Shown: positions 1 through 11,203 of the stretch, in pieces
How the letters are laid out: each line of letters opens with the position of its first letter
Position numbering within the stretch: position 1 is the first letter of the stretch
DNA from: Piromyces finnis finn
Taxonomy: Eukaryota > Fungi > Neocallimastigomycota
Length of the DNA stretch: 64,000 bases
Reading direction: 5' to 3'
Assembly (NCBI GenBank): GCA_002104945.1
Contig: MCFH01000022.1
Location: 248,001-312,000 of the forward strand
Made by a program: the position numbers and the translations under genes
Notes under the pieces: generated by a model
What the model was told of the DNA's origin: nothing
Database searches by the model: none
The model's input: only the letters and a program-made list of their open reading frames with translations

Positions 1-621
1 TATAATGATAGTTTTAATATTTAAGCTATTTACCATTTATATTTTTAATATACCAGAAATGTAATCAATAAAATTTATTAATTTATACATAGATAAAAAT
101 TTTAAATCATGATACAAATTAATTATTTTTTTAGTCTTTTTTATTTATTACTTAATAAAATAATAATATAATAATATTAAAACTTTAGTATTATTTAATG
201 ATCATTTCATTAAAATGCCTTTTAATATACCATATTTTCTTATTATATTGAAATGTATCCATTTTTTGTTAATCTATCCTATTTTTTTACCCATTACTAT
301 ATGACATAAGGTTTATAATTTAATTTATAAAAAAATATTAAAATTTGTGAAAATATTTATGTTATATTAAATTTATAACATAATTAAAGTTAAGCGAGTT
401 TAATATTTAATGTTTCCTCTTTTTTTTTTTTATATAAAAAGCTTTGTTTTTCCTTTTCACTTTTTTTTAAAATCATCTTTAATTATTAAAAAGTAATTTT
501 AATAATTAAAATTTTCACTGGTTGAAAAAAAAAATTATATAAATATTAATAAAATATAATAAATTTTGTAAATAAAAGTTTAAAAAAGAAAAATAAAGTT
601 AAATTTGTTATATTAATACAT

Positions 622-3600
622 ATGAATTATACAAAATTAATTCAATTTTTGGCTACAGTTGGGCTTGTCAGTGCCCAAAGTTTCTGTAGTTCAGCTAAAC
701 ACTCTGGTACTAGTGTTACTGAATATAGTAATAAGGTCGGTTCCATTAGTGGTATCGGTTATGAATTATGGGCTGATAGTGGTAGTAACAGTGCTACTTT
801 CTATTCTGATGGTTCTTTCTCTTGTTCTTTCAGAAATGCAAAGGATTACCTTTGTCGTACTGGTCTTTCTTTCGATAGTACAAAGAGTCACGACCAAATT
901 GGTCACATGTACGCTGATTTCAAACTTGTCAAACAAAACATTCAAAATGTTGATTATTCCTATGTAGGTATTTACGGTTGGACTAGAAGTCCACTTGTTG
1001 AATTTTACATTGTTGATAACTGGCTCAGTCAATACCGTCCAGGAGATTGGGTTGGTAACAAGAAACATGGTGATTTTGTTATTGATGGAGCTACTTACAC
1101 TGTTTATGAAAACACTCGTTACGGTCCATCTATTGATGGTGATACTCAATTCAAACAATACTTCAGTATTCGTCAACAAGCTCGTGATTGTGGTACTATT
1201 GATATTACAGCTCACTTCCAACAATGGGCTAAACTTGGTATGAATCTTGGTAAGATGCATGAAGCTAAGGTTTTAGGTGAAGCTGGTAGTAATGGATCTG
1301 GTACTAGTGGTACTGCTGATTTCCCATATGCTAAGGTTTACATTGGTAATGGTAACAACCAAAGCAACAACAATCAAAACGACAATGGCAATAATTTCGG
1401 CAACAACAACAATGGTTTTGACTTTGGTGGTTGGAACTTTGGTGGTTGGGACTTTGGTGGTAACAACAATAACAACAACAACGGTAACAACAACCAAAAT
1501 GCTGCAACATCTAATAATGCTTCAAGTTCTGAATATTGTAGTTCTGCTAAACACTCTGGTACTAGTGTTACTGAATATAGTAATAAGGTCGGTTCCATTA
1601 GTGGTATCGGTTATGAATTATGGGCTGATAGTGGTAACAACAGTGCTACTTTCTATTCTGATGGTTCTTTCTCTTGTTCCTTCCAAAATGCTAAGGATTA
1701 CCTTTGTCGTTCCGGTCTTTCCTTCGATAGTACCAAGACTCACGACCAAATTGGTCACATGTACGCTGACTTCAAGCTTGTCAAACAAAACATTCAAAAT
1801 GTTGATTATTCCTATGTAGGTATTTACGGTTGGACTAGAAGTCCACTTGTTGAATTCTACGTTGTTGATAACTGGCTCAGTCAATGGCGTCCAGGTGATT
1901 GGGTTGGTAACAAGAAACATGGTGATTTTGTTATTGATGGAGCTACTTACACTGTTTATGAAAACACTCGTTACGGTCCATCTATTGATGGTGATACTCA
2001 ATTCAAACAATACTTCAGTATTCGTCAACAAGCTCGTGATTGTGGTAAAATCGATATTACAGCTCACTTCCAACAATGGGAAAAGCTTGGTATGAAGCTT
2101 GGTAAGATGCATGAAGCTAAGGTTTTAGGTGAAGCTGGTAGTAATGGATCTGGTACCAGTGGTACTGCTGATTTCCCATATGCTAAGGTTTACATTGGTG
2201 ATGGTAATTCTGGTAATTCTAATTCTAACACTGGTAACTCTTTTGGTGGTAATACTGGTAATACTCAAACTGGAAACAACCAAAGTAGTAACAACCAAAG
2301 TAATTCATCTGCTTCTTGCCCAGCTTCTATTACTAAACAAGGTTACAAATGTTGTAAGGCAGGATGTGAAGTTATTTACACTGATGCCGATGGTGATTGG
2401 GGTGTTGAAAACAATGAATGGTGTGGTTGTGGTAACAGAACCACTAGCTCTGCTTCAGGTACTTGTTCTGCAAAGATTACTAGTCAAGGTTACAAGTGTT
2501 GTAGTGCTGGATGTGTAATTTACTACACTGATGCTGATGGTGATTGGGGTGTTGAAAACAATCAATGGTGTGGTTGTGGTGGTGGTAACTCAAACACCAA
2601 CAACAATAACACTAGTAACAACAATAATAACAACAATAACAACCAAAGTTCTTCATCTAATGCTTCAAACACTAACTACTGTAGTTCTGCTAAGCACTCT
2701 GGTACTAGTGTTACTGAATATAGTAATAAGGTCGGTTCCATTAGTGGTATTGGTTATGAATTATGGGCTGATAGTGGTAACAACAGTGCTACTTTCTATT
2801 CTGATGGTTCTTTCTCTTGTTCCTTCCAAAATGCTAAGGATTACCTTTGTCGTTCCGGTCTTTCCTTCGATAGTACCAAGACTCACGACCAAATTGGTCA
2901 CATGTACGCTGACTTCAAGCTTGTCAAACAAAACATTCAAAATGTTGATTACTCCTATGTAGGTATTTACGGTTGGACTAGAAGTCCACTTGTTGAATTC
3001 TACGTTGTTGATAACTGGCTCAGTCAATGGCGTCCAGGAGATTGGGTTGGTAACAAGAAACATGGTGATTTTGTTATTGATGGAGCTACTTACACTGTTT
3101 ATGAAAACACTCGTTACGGTCCATCTATTGATGGTGATACTCAATTCAAACAATACTTTAGTATTCGTCAACAAGCTCGTGATTGTGGTAAAATCGATAT
3201 TACAGCTCATTTCCAACAATGGGAAAAGCTTGGTATGAAGCTTGGTAAGATGCATGAAGCTAAGGTTTTAGGTGAAGCTGGTAGTAATGGATCTGGTACT
3301 AGTGGTACTGCTGATTTCCCATATGCTAAGGTTTACATTGGTGAAGGTAACTCTGGTAACGCTGGCAATTCTTTTGGTGGTAATACTAATGCCGGTAATT
3401 CTGGCAATACTTCTAACAACTCTGCTACCACTTATCCAAAGGGTAGTGGCTTCAAATTCTACACTCAATGTAAAAACAGAAATCACTGGGCTTTAACTTA
3501 TGATGATGGACCAACTCAATACGCTGATAGTATCTTAGATCTTCTTAAGAAATATGACATTAAGGCTACCTTCTTCCTTGTTGGTGACATGTACATTAAA

Positions 3601-4092
3601 TCTTATGATTCTGAATGGACTAGAATTGTTAAGAGAATGTACAATGAAGGTCACGTTGTTGCTTCTCACACTTACAGTCACAACGATTTAACTCAAATGT
3701 CTTCTCAACAAATTATTCAAGATATGCAAAAGCTTGAAGATGCTGTTTACGGTGCTATTGGTAAGAAGCCAGCCTTTATGCGTCCACCATATGGTTCAGG
3801 TAATGGTAACCAAAATGTTATGAGTACTCTTCAAAACTTTGGTATGACTGCTGCTTGTACTTGGCATGTTGACCCAATGGATTGGGATAATGGAGGTAAC
3901 ATTAACTATGCTAAGCAAGTATTTGGTAAATTAAACGGTGAAGGTGTTATCAGTTTGAACCACTTAAAGTACAATGGTGACAGTCTTCAAGGTATTATTG
4001 ATTTATCTACTGCTGAAATCGAATTAATGTTATCCAAGGGTTACAAACCAGTTACTATGGAAGAATGTCTTGGTATGAGTGCCTACAAATAA
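622..4092 (+). CDS. Modular cellulosomal xylanase/acetylxylan esterase: signal peptide - GH11 - GH11 - 2x fungal dockerin (CBM10) - GH11 - CE4
   Basis: Intronless 1156-aa ORF with an N-terminal signal peptide. Three near-identical GH11 domains (~682-1350, ~1534-2199, ~2677-3342) each carry LVEFY and VLGEAG catalytic-Glu motifs. Two Cys-rich dockerins ending WGVENNxWCGC lie at ~2317-2433 and ~2464-2580. A C-terminal NodB/CE4 domain (~3460-4089) has TYDDGP, HTYSH, RPPYG and DPMDW motifs. Confidence 0.96.
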   Translation: MNYTKLIQFLATVGLVSAQSFCSSAKHSGTSVTEYSNKVGSISGIGYELWADSGSNSATFYSDGSFSCSFRNAKDYLCRTGLSFDSTKSHDQIGHMYADFKLVKQNIQNVDYSYVGIYGWTRSPLVEFYIVDNWLSQYRPGDWVGNKKHGDFVIDGATYTVYENTRYGPSIDGDTQFKQYFSIRQQARDCGTIDITAHFQQWAKLGMNLGKMHEAKVLGEAGSNGSGTSGTADFPYAKVYIGNGNNQSNNNQNDNGNNFGNNNNGFDFGGWNFGGWDFGGNNNNNNNGNNNQNAATSNNASSSEYCSSAKHSGTSVTEYSNKVGSISGIGYELWADSGNNSATFYSDGSFSCSFQNAKDYLCRSGLSFDSTKTHDQIGHMYADFKLVKQNIQNVDYSYVGIYGWTRSPLVEFYVVDNWLSQWRPGDWVGNKKHGDFVIDGATYTVYENTRYGPSIDGDTQFKQYFSIRQQARDCGKIDITAHFQQWEKLGMKLGKMHEAKVLGEAGSNGSGTSGTADFPYAKVYIGDGNSGNSNSNTGNSFGGNTGNTQTGNNQSSNNQSNSSASCPASITKQGYKCCKAGCEVIYTDADGDWGVENNEWCGCGNRTTSSASGTCSAKITSQGYKCCSAGCVIYYTDADGDWGVENNQWCGCGGGNSNTNNNNTSNNNNNNNNNQSSSSNASNTNYCSSAKHSGTSVTEYSNKVGSISGIGYELWADSGNNSATFYSDGSFSCSFQNAKDYLCRSGLSFDSTKTHDQIGHMYADFKLVKQNIQNVDYSYVGIYGWTRSPLVEFYVVDNWLSQWRPGDWVGNKKHGDFVIDGATYTVYENTRYGPSIDGDTQFKQYFSIRQQARDCGKIDITAHFQQWEKLGMKLGKMHEAKVLGEAGSNGSGTSGTADFPYAKVYIGEGNSGNAGNSFGGNTNAGNSGNTSNNSATTYPKGSGFKFYTQCKNRNHWALTYDDGPTQYADSILDLLKKYDIKATFFLVGDMYIKSYDSEWTRIVKRMYNEGHVVASHTYSHNDLTQMSSQQIIQDMQKLEDAVYGAIGKKPAFMRPPYGSGNGNQNVMSTLQNFGMTAACTWHVDPMDWDNGGNINYAKQVFGKLNGEGVISLNHLKYNGDSLQGIIDLSTAEIELMLSKGYKPVTMEECLGMSAYK

Positions 4093-4589
4093 ATTTGAGA
4101 AAATAAATCTATTTTAAATATTATCAAATTTTTATACATATAAATTTTTTTAAAATTCTTTTTTTTTTTTTAAATTCTTGTCAGTTAACATTACTATATA
4201 TATTTAAGTATAAATAATTAAATGATAAATTATAATTTAAATTTATTTATACATAAATACATTTAAAAATTTTAAAATATGTAAATATATATATGTAAAC
4301 ATATATAAAGAATAAAATTAAAAAAAAAAAATAAAATAAAAAAAAAAGAAATATTTTATTTTAATATGTGTTAATATTGATATTTAAAATAAGAAAAAAA
4401 AAATAACAAAAAATTTCAATTATTAAATTTTTAATTGAACTATTCAAAAAGCATTTTATATAAATAATATTTTTTAGAATTATTCTTTTGTCAGTTTTTT
4501 AAAAAAAAAAATACTTTAGCTATGCTAATAAACTAAAATTAATACTTTTTTTTTTTAAAGGAAAAAAGGCTTATCTAATTTTATTTTTT

Positions 4590-5890
4590 ATCTTCAGAAA
4601 GTTTATGATTACTAAACTTAACAATGTAGGGATTCATAATATAAGCCTTTATTTCCTTATTAATCTGTATTTTTCTTGGAAAGTGCAAACAATTATCAAT
4701 GGTAAAACTTTCAAAAGAGTTCTCATTTATTATAATGTGTACATACACAAGTTAAATCATCTCCAATAAGAAATTTAAATTCAGCATTACCAACAACTCA
4801 TTTTTTTATGAGGGATTGAATTAACTATTATAAATATAATATTAAATTAAAACCATTATCACAAATATTATTCAACTTAATTTATTTTGATAAATGTTAA
4901 AAAATGTGGTGTTAATGTTGAAGGTAACAAAAAAAAGAATGTTATGTTGTGCTGATTGTAATTAGTGACTTTTATACAATGATTAATTTTGTATAAGTCC
5001 CTTAGGTACAGTATTAGATCAATTGCTTTTGTTGAGAGTGTTGATGTAGAAAGGATAAGGAATAGAAAAAATTCTGATACAGAATTAAATGATAATAATA
5101 ATATATAAGAAATTATCATTGAGAAATGTGATTTTTTTTTTTAACGGCATCAAATATTATTAAACTTTATAATTAATTTTGAGAAATGGGAAAAGTTAAG
5201 AAGGTTCGTTCTTTCGTCCTCTTACATTTTTTTAGACTAGAAAGAGAATACATTTCTTCTTGTATTTATTTATTTAATTTGAAATATTACATTATATTAC
5301 ATATTGATATAATAAATGATAAACAAAAATAAATAAATATAAATATAAAATAAAATATAAATATAAAATAAAATAAGATAATTATTAAAGTTGCATAAAA
5401 GTTTAATGAACTCTACAATTAGTACTGTGTGGGATTGGTCCCTACCTAATAAATTAAATGAAATAAAAAAGAGAAGTAACATCAGGTATGATAGTGTGGT
5501 GTCCACTGAACTCTCCCATGAGCTCACAATGTTTTCATTCGAAAAAATACTAACATTGAACCCTGTGTACGGAACATTGAGAATGTTCCTTTGCCATATC
5601 GGTACGACGTCGGCGCTCTTGATTACGTTAGGTGTCTTACTAAACCTATCAAAAAGTAGCTTCATAGAGCTATTAATGATAGGGATTGTTTTAGTAAGAA
5701 AAGCCGCGAGACCCTCTACATATGGAACATGAGACCCCGATGAAGTGTAAAGCTGTTCATTCAAATGTCTTTGTTCCGCCTTATCGATTTGTAGCTCATC
5801 ATAAGCTAAAGTTTCACCAAGAAGGATCGTAAAAATATAGTTATAAATTGTTTTTCATACTTCCGTTTCGGGGAGTAAGTATGTGATGAA
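4590..5890 (-). other. Unassigned GC-elevated coding-like island (degraded gene or retroelement gag-like fragment)
   Basis: GC content is above the flanks. An open frame runs from ~5850 through 5764..5297, reading TIYNYIFTILLGETLAYDELQIDKAEQRHLNEQLY...SSWESSVDTTLSYL, and further short minus-strand open segments lie at 4590-4800. No diagnostic motif was recognised. Confidence 0.3.
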
Positions 5891-6497
5891 TTGATTATTG
5901 TATTTATTTCGTCATCTTACATGTAATTTTCTTTTATTAATTTATGTTTCATTTTAATTATATATATTATTTTATTTTTATTTTTTTTTATTATATATAG
6001 TGTATTTTTAATTAAATTAAAATATTAAGGAATAAAACTGACATATTTCCAAAATCTAAATAAAAAATATATTTTTTTAATAAAGTTTTAAAATATTTGT
6101 TCTTTTTTTTTTTTTTTAAAAAAAAAAAAGAATTTTTATTTTTATTTTTTTCTTTTATTACTTTTATTATGAATAAAAGATATTTTATTTACATATTTAT
6201 TGAAATCAAAAAATCAAAATTTTATTTATTTATGATAAAAAAAAAAAAAAAAAAAATTAAATTGAATATATACATCTGTAATAAAATAATAATAAAAAAA
6301 AGATTATACCTTTATAATATTTAATAAAAAATATTTTAATTATATTTTTATATTACAAGAAATAATAATTATTTTTTTTTAATTTTAATCTATATTTCTA
6401 AAAATATGATTATATATATCTTATTATTATTCTATTTCCTTTTTTTTTTTTTTTAATGTTTCTTTTTTTAAAAAATTAAAAAAAAATTTTTTTTTAT

Positions 6498-9297
6498 TTA
6501 ACAATCTCTATTTTTAATTGGTACTGTGGAAATTACGTTATTTTTATTCACATTACTACCATAAGAATGATTTAAATCTTGAGCAGAATTGGCTGTTTCA
6601 TAATGACATTTTATAATCTTATTGAAAAAGTTTTCTGAATTATTACTAATACTACTTTTTGTACTGGTCATTTTACTTTCACTGTTAATAAGACTTAATC
6701 GAGTTATATTTCTCATATTAGTTTCATTTGTCTTTTTTTGTAAGTAAGCTTCTTTTGATTCCAAATCATCAACACCAGTAGTAAATATTGAAATATACTT
6801 CCAGACATAAACAAAGAAGAAATTGGATAAACCAAATAGTAGTGCTGGTCCAACTTTTGTCCAGAAATAAAGTTCTTTACTTTTAAATTCAGTAAAGTAA
6901 AATGCAGCAAAGATTAAAAAGGCAATAACATCAAAAGAAATACAAAAAGTTAAACTAATAATATCGGTTTTTGTAGCAGTAATATTCCATTCGGCAAAAA
7001 TTAAAATAGCAAAGATTAATATTTCAATCCCTTTATCAGCAATATCCACAGTTAATATTAATTTTGTTAAATTATTTGTACAATCACAAGTTTGGAAATT
7101 TTCTAATCCGTCTGATAAGTAGAGAAGATGATTATTGACTGTAAATGGAAAGAGAAGGTATAATACGCAAAGTAACAATTCAAAGAGAATATGATAGCAA
7201 AGATAGTTTGAGAAGTTTCGACTAATATGATTTGAAATTCTATTTGATTCTGGGAAGAGAACAATTAATCGTAAAAGTAGTGGTGAGAATGAAATTGGTA
7301 AACCGAGAGTAAGAGCAATAAAACGTAGATTACATTTAACTTGAGTCATTTCTCCAACACTTATTACAGTGTAACATAAAATAAGGAAAGTTCCATACAA
7401 GAATACAGCCCAATAATTATTATTTAAGAAAACAAATAAAACGTTTATTTTTCTATGGAACATTAAAATGTATGATACAACGATAAAAAATGTAATAATT
7501 AAAAATAATGCTGAGATGAATAATCCTGAAGGTGAGTCTATTCTAACAAAATGATTGAGTGTGAGGTCATCGATATGTTTAAGAGTTTCTTCTGAGGTTA
7601 ATTTATTTTTGTACAAATAATTATCGATAATATTTAAAAACTCGTTGCTAAAATCGTCGTAACTGTCGTAGTAATTTATTGGTTTATTGAAAAATTGAAG
7701 ATTTGAAATTAATTCGCAATCAACTTTTTTGCATACATTATTATTAGTAGTGGTTGCATTTTGAGAATATAATTTTACTAAAGGACTGTACATATTCCTT
7801 GAAGATGCAAGATATTTTTGCATATCTTCAGAAAACAAATAGTCTAAAACAATAGACATTTTATGATGCTTATCCTCATCGACATATTTAGAAATACCAA
7901 TATTGTATCCATAAATACTACTGCCATATGTTCCTGGATTGTTACCGGGTATTGGAATGAAATTAAATATCTTTTTATATTCTTCACTCATTGGGAAATT
8001 AAACATTCTTGCAAAAACAACATTTCCAGTTAATATTTTTTGTATAACTTCCGTTTGCTCTAATTGGAAATATTCCTCTATTTTAATAATAATAGAAATA
8101 GTTTGGTAAAAAAAAAAAAAAAAAAAAAATAGATATATTAGTTAAAATGTTTTTTTGTATAATAAATAAAATTTTTTTTATAGTATATATATTTACTTGA
8201 AGAATAATTATCTAATAAATATTTTAGCATTGTCATTGCTTCTATAGAACTTTTGCTTTGATAATCTGGAATTTCATCACTCTTTTTATTTTCTCTGTAA
8301 GAAAAAATCATTTCTTGAATAGTATTTATAGTAACATAATTTTCTAATTATCAAATAGTAAGCAAAATATATTATTTAAAATAAGAAATATGACTATTAG
8401 AATAAATCATTATTTTATTTTAAAAAAAAAAAAGCAAAAAAAAAACATTTTATTTGTTAATTATGATATATACCTGGTAAACCTCCTATATATCCAATCA
8501 AATCTTTATTGATTTCTTTTTCTTTGCTATATATATATGAAAGTGTCTCGTTAAGTTGTTTCCAAGTTTCCGGTACAGGTAAATTGTATTTTTCTAATAA
8601 CTCTTTATTATAATACATATTACCATAATTGGCTAATAATGGCTAGCATGGGATTTTCATAATTTATATAAAAAATATAATTAATAAAATTTATTTTATT
8701 ACATTGTATTTAGTGATTATTAATTATTATATTTATGTTAAAAGTATTAATAAACCCACATATATGTATATGGGTATATTTTAAATACATACTATACCGA
8801 CTAAGGAGTCATCTCTATATCCAACATATTTTATAACACCTTTATTATATTGTTCAAGTGTATTAAGAGAGATAAGCTTTTTCATATTAATTAAATTTCC
8901 TCCAACACTGTAAGTATGATGAATATTATATAATATAAAATCATATTCTGTAGATTTTTTTGCTAATATATCTTTAATTTCTAAGCCATATTCAGATTCA
9001 TCTTTATCAGAATAAACCATTTTTATATTGTATTTTTTAGATTGTTTATAACGATCTCCTTTAATACTATTACTACCATATTCATTAGTTGATATTTCAT
9101 CATATTTTTCAACTACACTATCCAATAAGGGTTTGTATATTGAAGGGGCAAAAAAAAAAAAGTATCTCCACTTCTACTAGCGGCACTAATTGCTAATACA
9201 TCTTTTAAAAAATTATATATAAAAAAAAATAATATTTTTTTTAATTATTAATTTAAATATTTTAATATTTATTGATAAGGATATCATGTTTCTGTTC

Positions 9298-9358
<61 letters not shown>

Positions 9359-9427
9359 TTGCATATAAATTTTATATTTACTTGATAGTATAATAAAAAA
9401 TAGTAACACTAAATATTTGATTTTCAT
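6498..9427 (-). CDS. Class C-like GPCR (7TM) with N-terminal bacterial-type extracellular solute-binding domain; 5 exons, apparent 1-nt frameshift in a homopolymer
   Basis: Exon 1 (from 9427) encodes the signal peptide MKIKYLVLLFFIILS. Later exons give NYGNMYYNKELLEKYNLPVPETWKQL, a family-1 sugar solute-binding motif. The last exon (from ~8075) has seven hydrophobic segments including CNLRFIALTLG, ENFQTCDC and IFAEWNI, then a Ser-rich tail. GT-AG introns are frame-consistent except across the 12-nt A run at 9150-9161. Confidence 0.85.
9299..9357. repeat. (AAT)n microsatellite in intron 1 of the GPCR gene
   Basis: Uninterrupted att/tat repeats; these produce the poly-Asn in the ORF track entry 9284..9505. 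Confidence 0.9.
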
Positions 9428-9570
9428 TCTTCTAATAATATCTTTTATTACTTTTTTGATTTTTCTAATAAATATCTTTTTTTTTTTTTTTATAATTTTT
9501 TTCAAGATAAAAACTATGTTAAAAATTTTTGAAAAGAAAAGAAATAAAAAATAAAAATAAAAAGCAAAAA

Positions 9571-9610
<40 letters not shown>

Positions 9611-10354
9611 TTTTAAAGTTTAACTTTAAAAAAAATAAAATAAAATGAATAAAATTTTTAAAGTTTTTACATTAAGTATTAAAATCTTATTTTTCTTCAA
9701 CTTCTTGAAAATTTTAAAATATATTTTTGATTGTTTAAAATGGTTATTTAAACAATAAAAAGTAAATAGAATTACATTTATTTAAATTTAAAAAATTCAA
9801 ATTATTTTTATCTTTTTCTTTTAAAATAAAGAACCAAATCACATTTTTAATTATAAATATTATATAAAGAATAAATTTACTTTTTTATTTTTTTGTTTTT
9901 TATTTTTTCCTAAAATTAAACAAAAAATAATATTAAAAAACATATCATTTCTTAAACTTTTTTTTTTTTTCTTAGTATTATTATTTTTATTAATAATATT
10001 ATAAATATATAACAATTTTTATAATTATATATTTTTTATAATTTTTTTTTTTTTCATTTTTAATTTTAATTTTATTTTTATTTTAAATTATTAAAAAAAG
10101 TGTTAACTAATTCTTTCGAAATTATATACTTATTACAACAAAACTTATAATTATAATTTATTTGTTTGTTACAATTTTCATTAATACAACAATATAAACC
10201 ACAAAAAATAAATAAAAAAAAAAAAACTATTAATATTTATTATTATTTTATTTTTGTTAGAATATTAATATTGATTAGAGTATAGTTTAAAGTTATCAAA
10301 ATATAAATGATTAGGTTTTTTATTATCTTTTTTTTTTTAATTATTTTTTAATTA

Positions 10355-11203
10355 TTATAAAAAGAAAATATTAAAGAGAATAAAACCAACTAATAAAGCA
10401 ATTTTCTTATCATATGAAATTGATTCACCAAAATTTGATTGTTCTACATTGATATCTTTATTATTTGAAGAATTTTCATTTTCATTAGAATTATTATTTA
10501 TAATATTACCGTTTGTTACACCTCCGTCGGATACAGAATTTGTTGATGAATCAAAATTATTTTGTATTTTATCGTTTGAACCGGCAATTCCAGAGTTTGG
10601 ATTACTTGTAGTACCTACTTTATTATTTACATTTGGACTTGTATTTATTTCATTGGTTTTATCATTGATATTTTTAATAGCATTAGTATCCGTACAGGTT
10701 AAAAGTTCATATTGTAATTTGAAATTTTCGGAAAAACTTTCAATTTTATTAGGATATTTTAAATTATAATATTTTTCTTTTGCTGCGACATAGCTATTTG
10801 TTACTTCAGTACAAACCTTACTATGACATGCATTTAGTATATAATCATTTTCATTTACTGATGTATCTGTAGAGATATCAATGTAATATTGACCAACAGG
10901 ACATCTTTTATTTGTTTCATCAGCTTGACAAACAGCTTTAGCTTTTTCACGATGATAATGAATTGTGACTATGTCTAATTCATCATAATCTGCATTTAAT
11001 ACCTTATCCGGGTTATTATAATAATTTTGACATTTTTCAGAGGTGAAAATTGCATTACAAAATGTTTGACTTTCTTCTTCAGAAGACGGAATAGAATTAC
11101 ATTCACCATATGTGTTCAAGTAACTGTCTGTGGCTGAATTAACAAAATTTATAATACTACCAAGTGATGATAATGTCGTTAATATGAAAATAAATGACTT
11201 CAT
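10355..11203 (-). CDS. Secreted Cys-rich, probably GPI-anchored surface protein of unknown function
   Basis: Intronless 282-aa ORF with an N-terminal signal peptide, a Cys-containing globular region, an Asn/Ser-rich stalk, and a C-terminal small-residue site followed by the hydrophobic tail IALLVGFILFNIFFL. Confidence 0.75.
   Translation of the reverse strand: MKSFIFILTTLSSLGSIINFVNSATDSYLNTYGECNSIPSSEEESQTFCNAIFTSEKCQNYYNNPDKVLNADYDELDIVTIHYHREKAKAVCQADETNKRCPVGQYYIDISTDTSVNENDYILNACHSKVCTEVTNSYVAAKEKYYNLKYPNKIESFSENFKLQYELLTCTDTNAIKNINDKTNEINTSPNVNNKVGTTSNPNSGIAGSNDKIQNNFDSSTNSVSDGGVTNGNIINNNSNENENSSNNKDINVEQSNFGESISYDKKIALLVGFILFNIFFL

Noticed and set aside
659-3496. Many alternative-frame and antisense ORFs overlapping the xylanase
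   Set aside because: They recur with each GH11 copy and are shadows of the strongly biased codon usage of the real gene.
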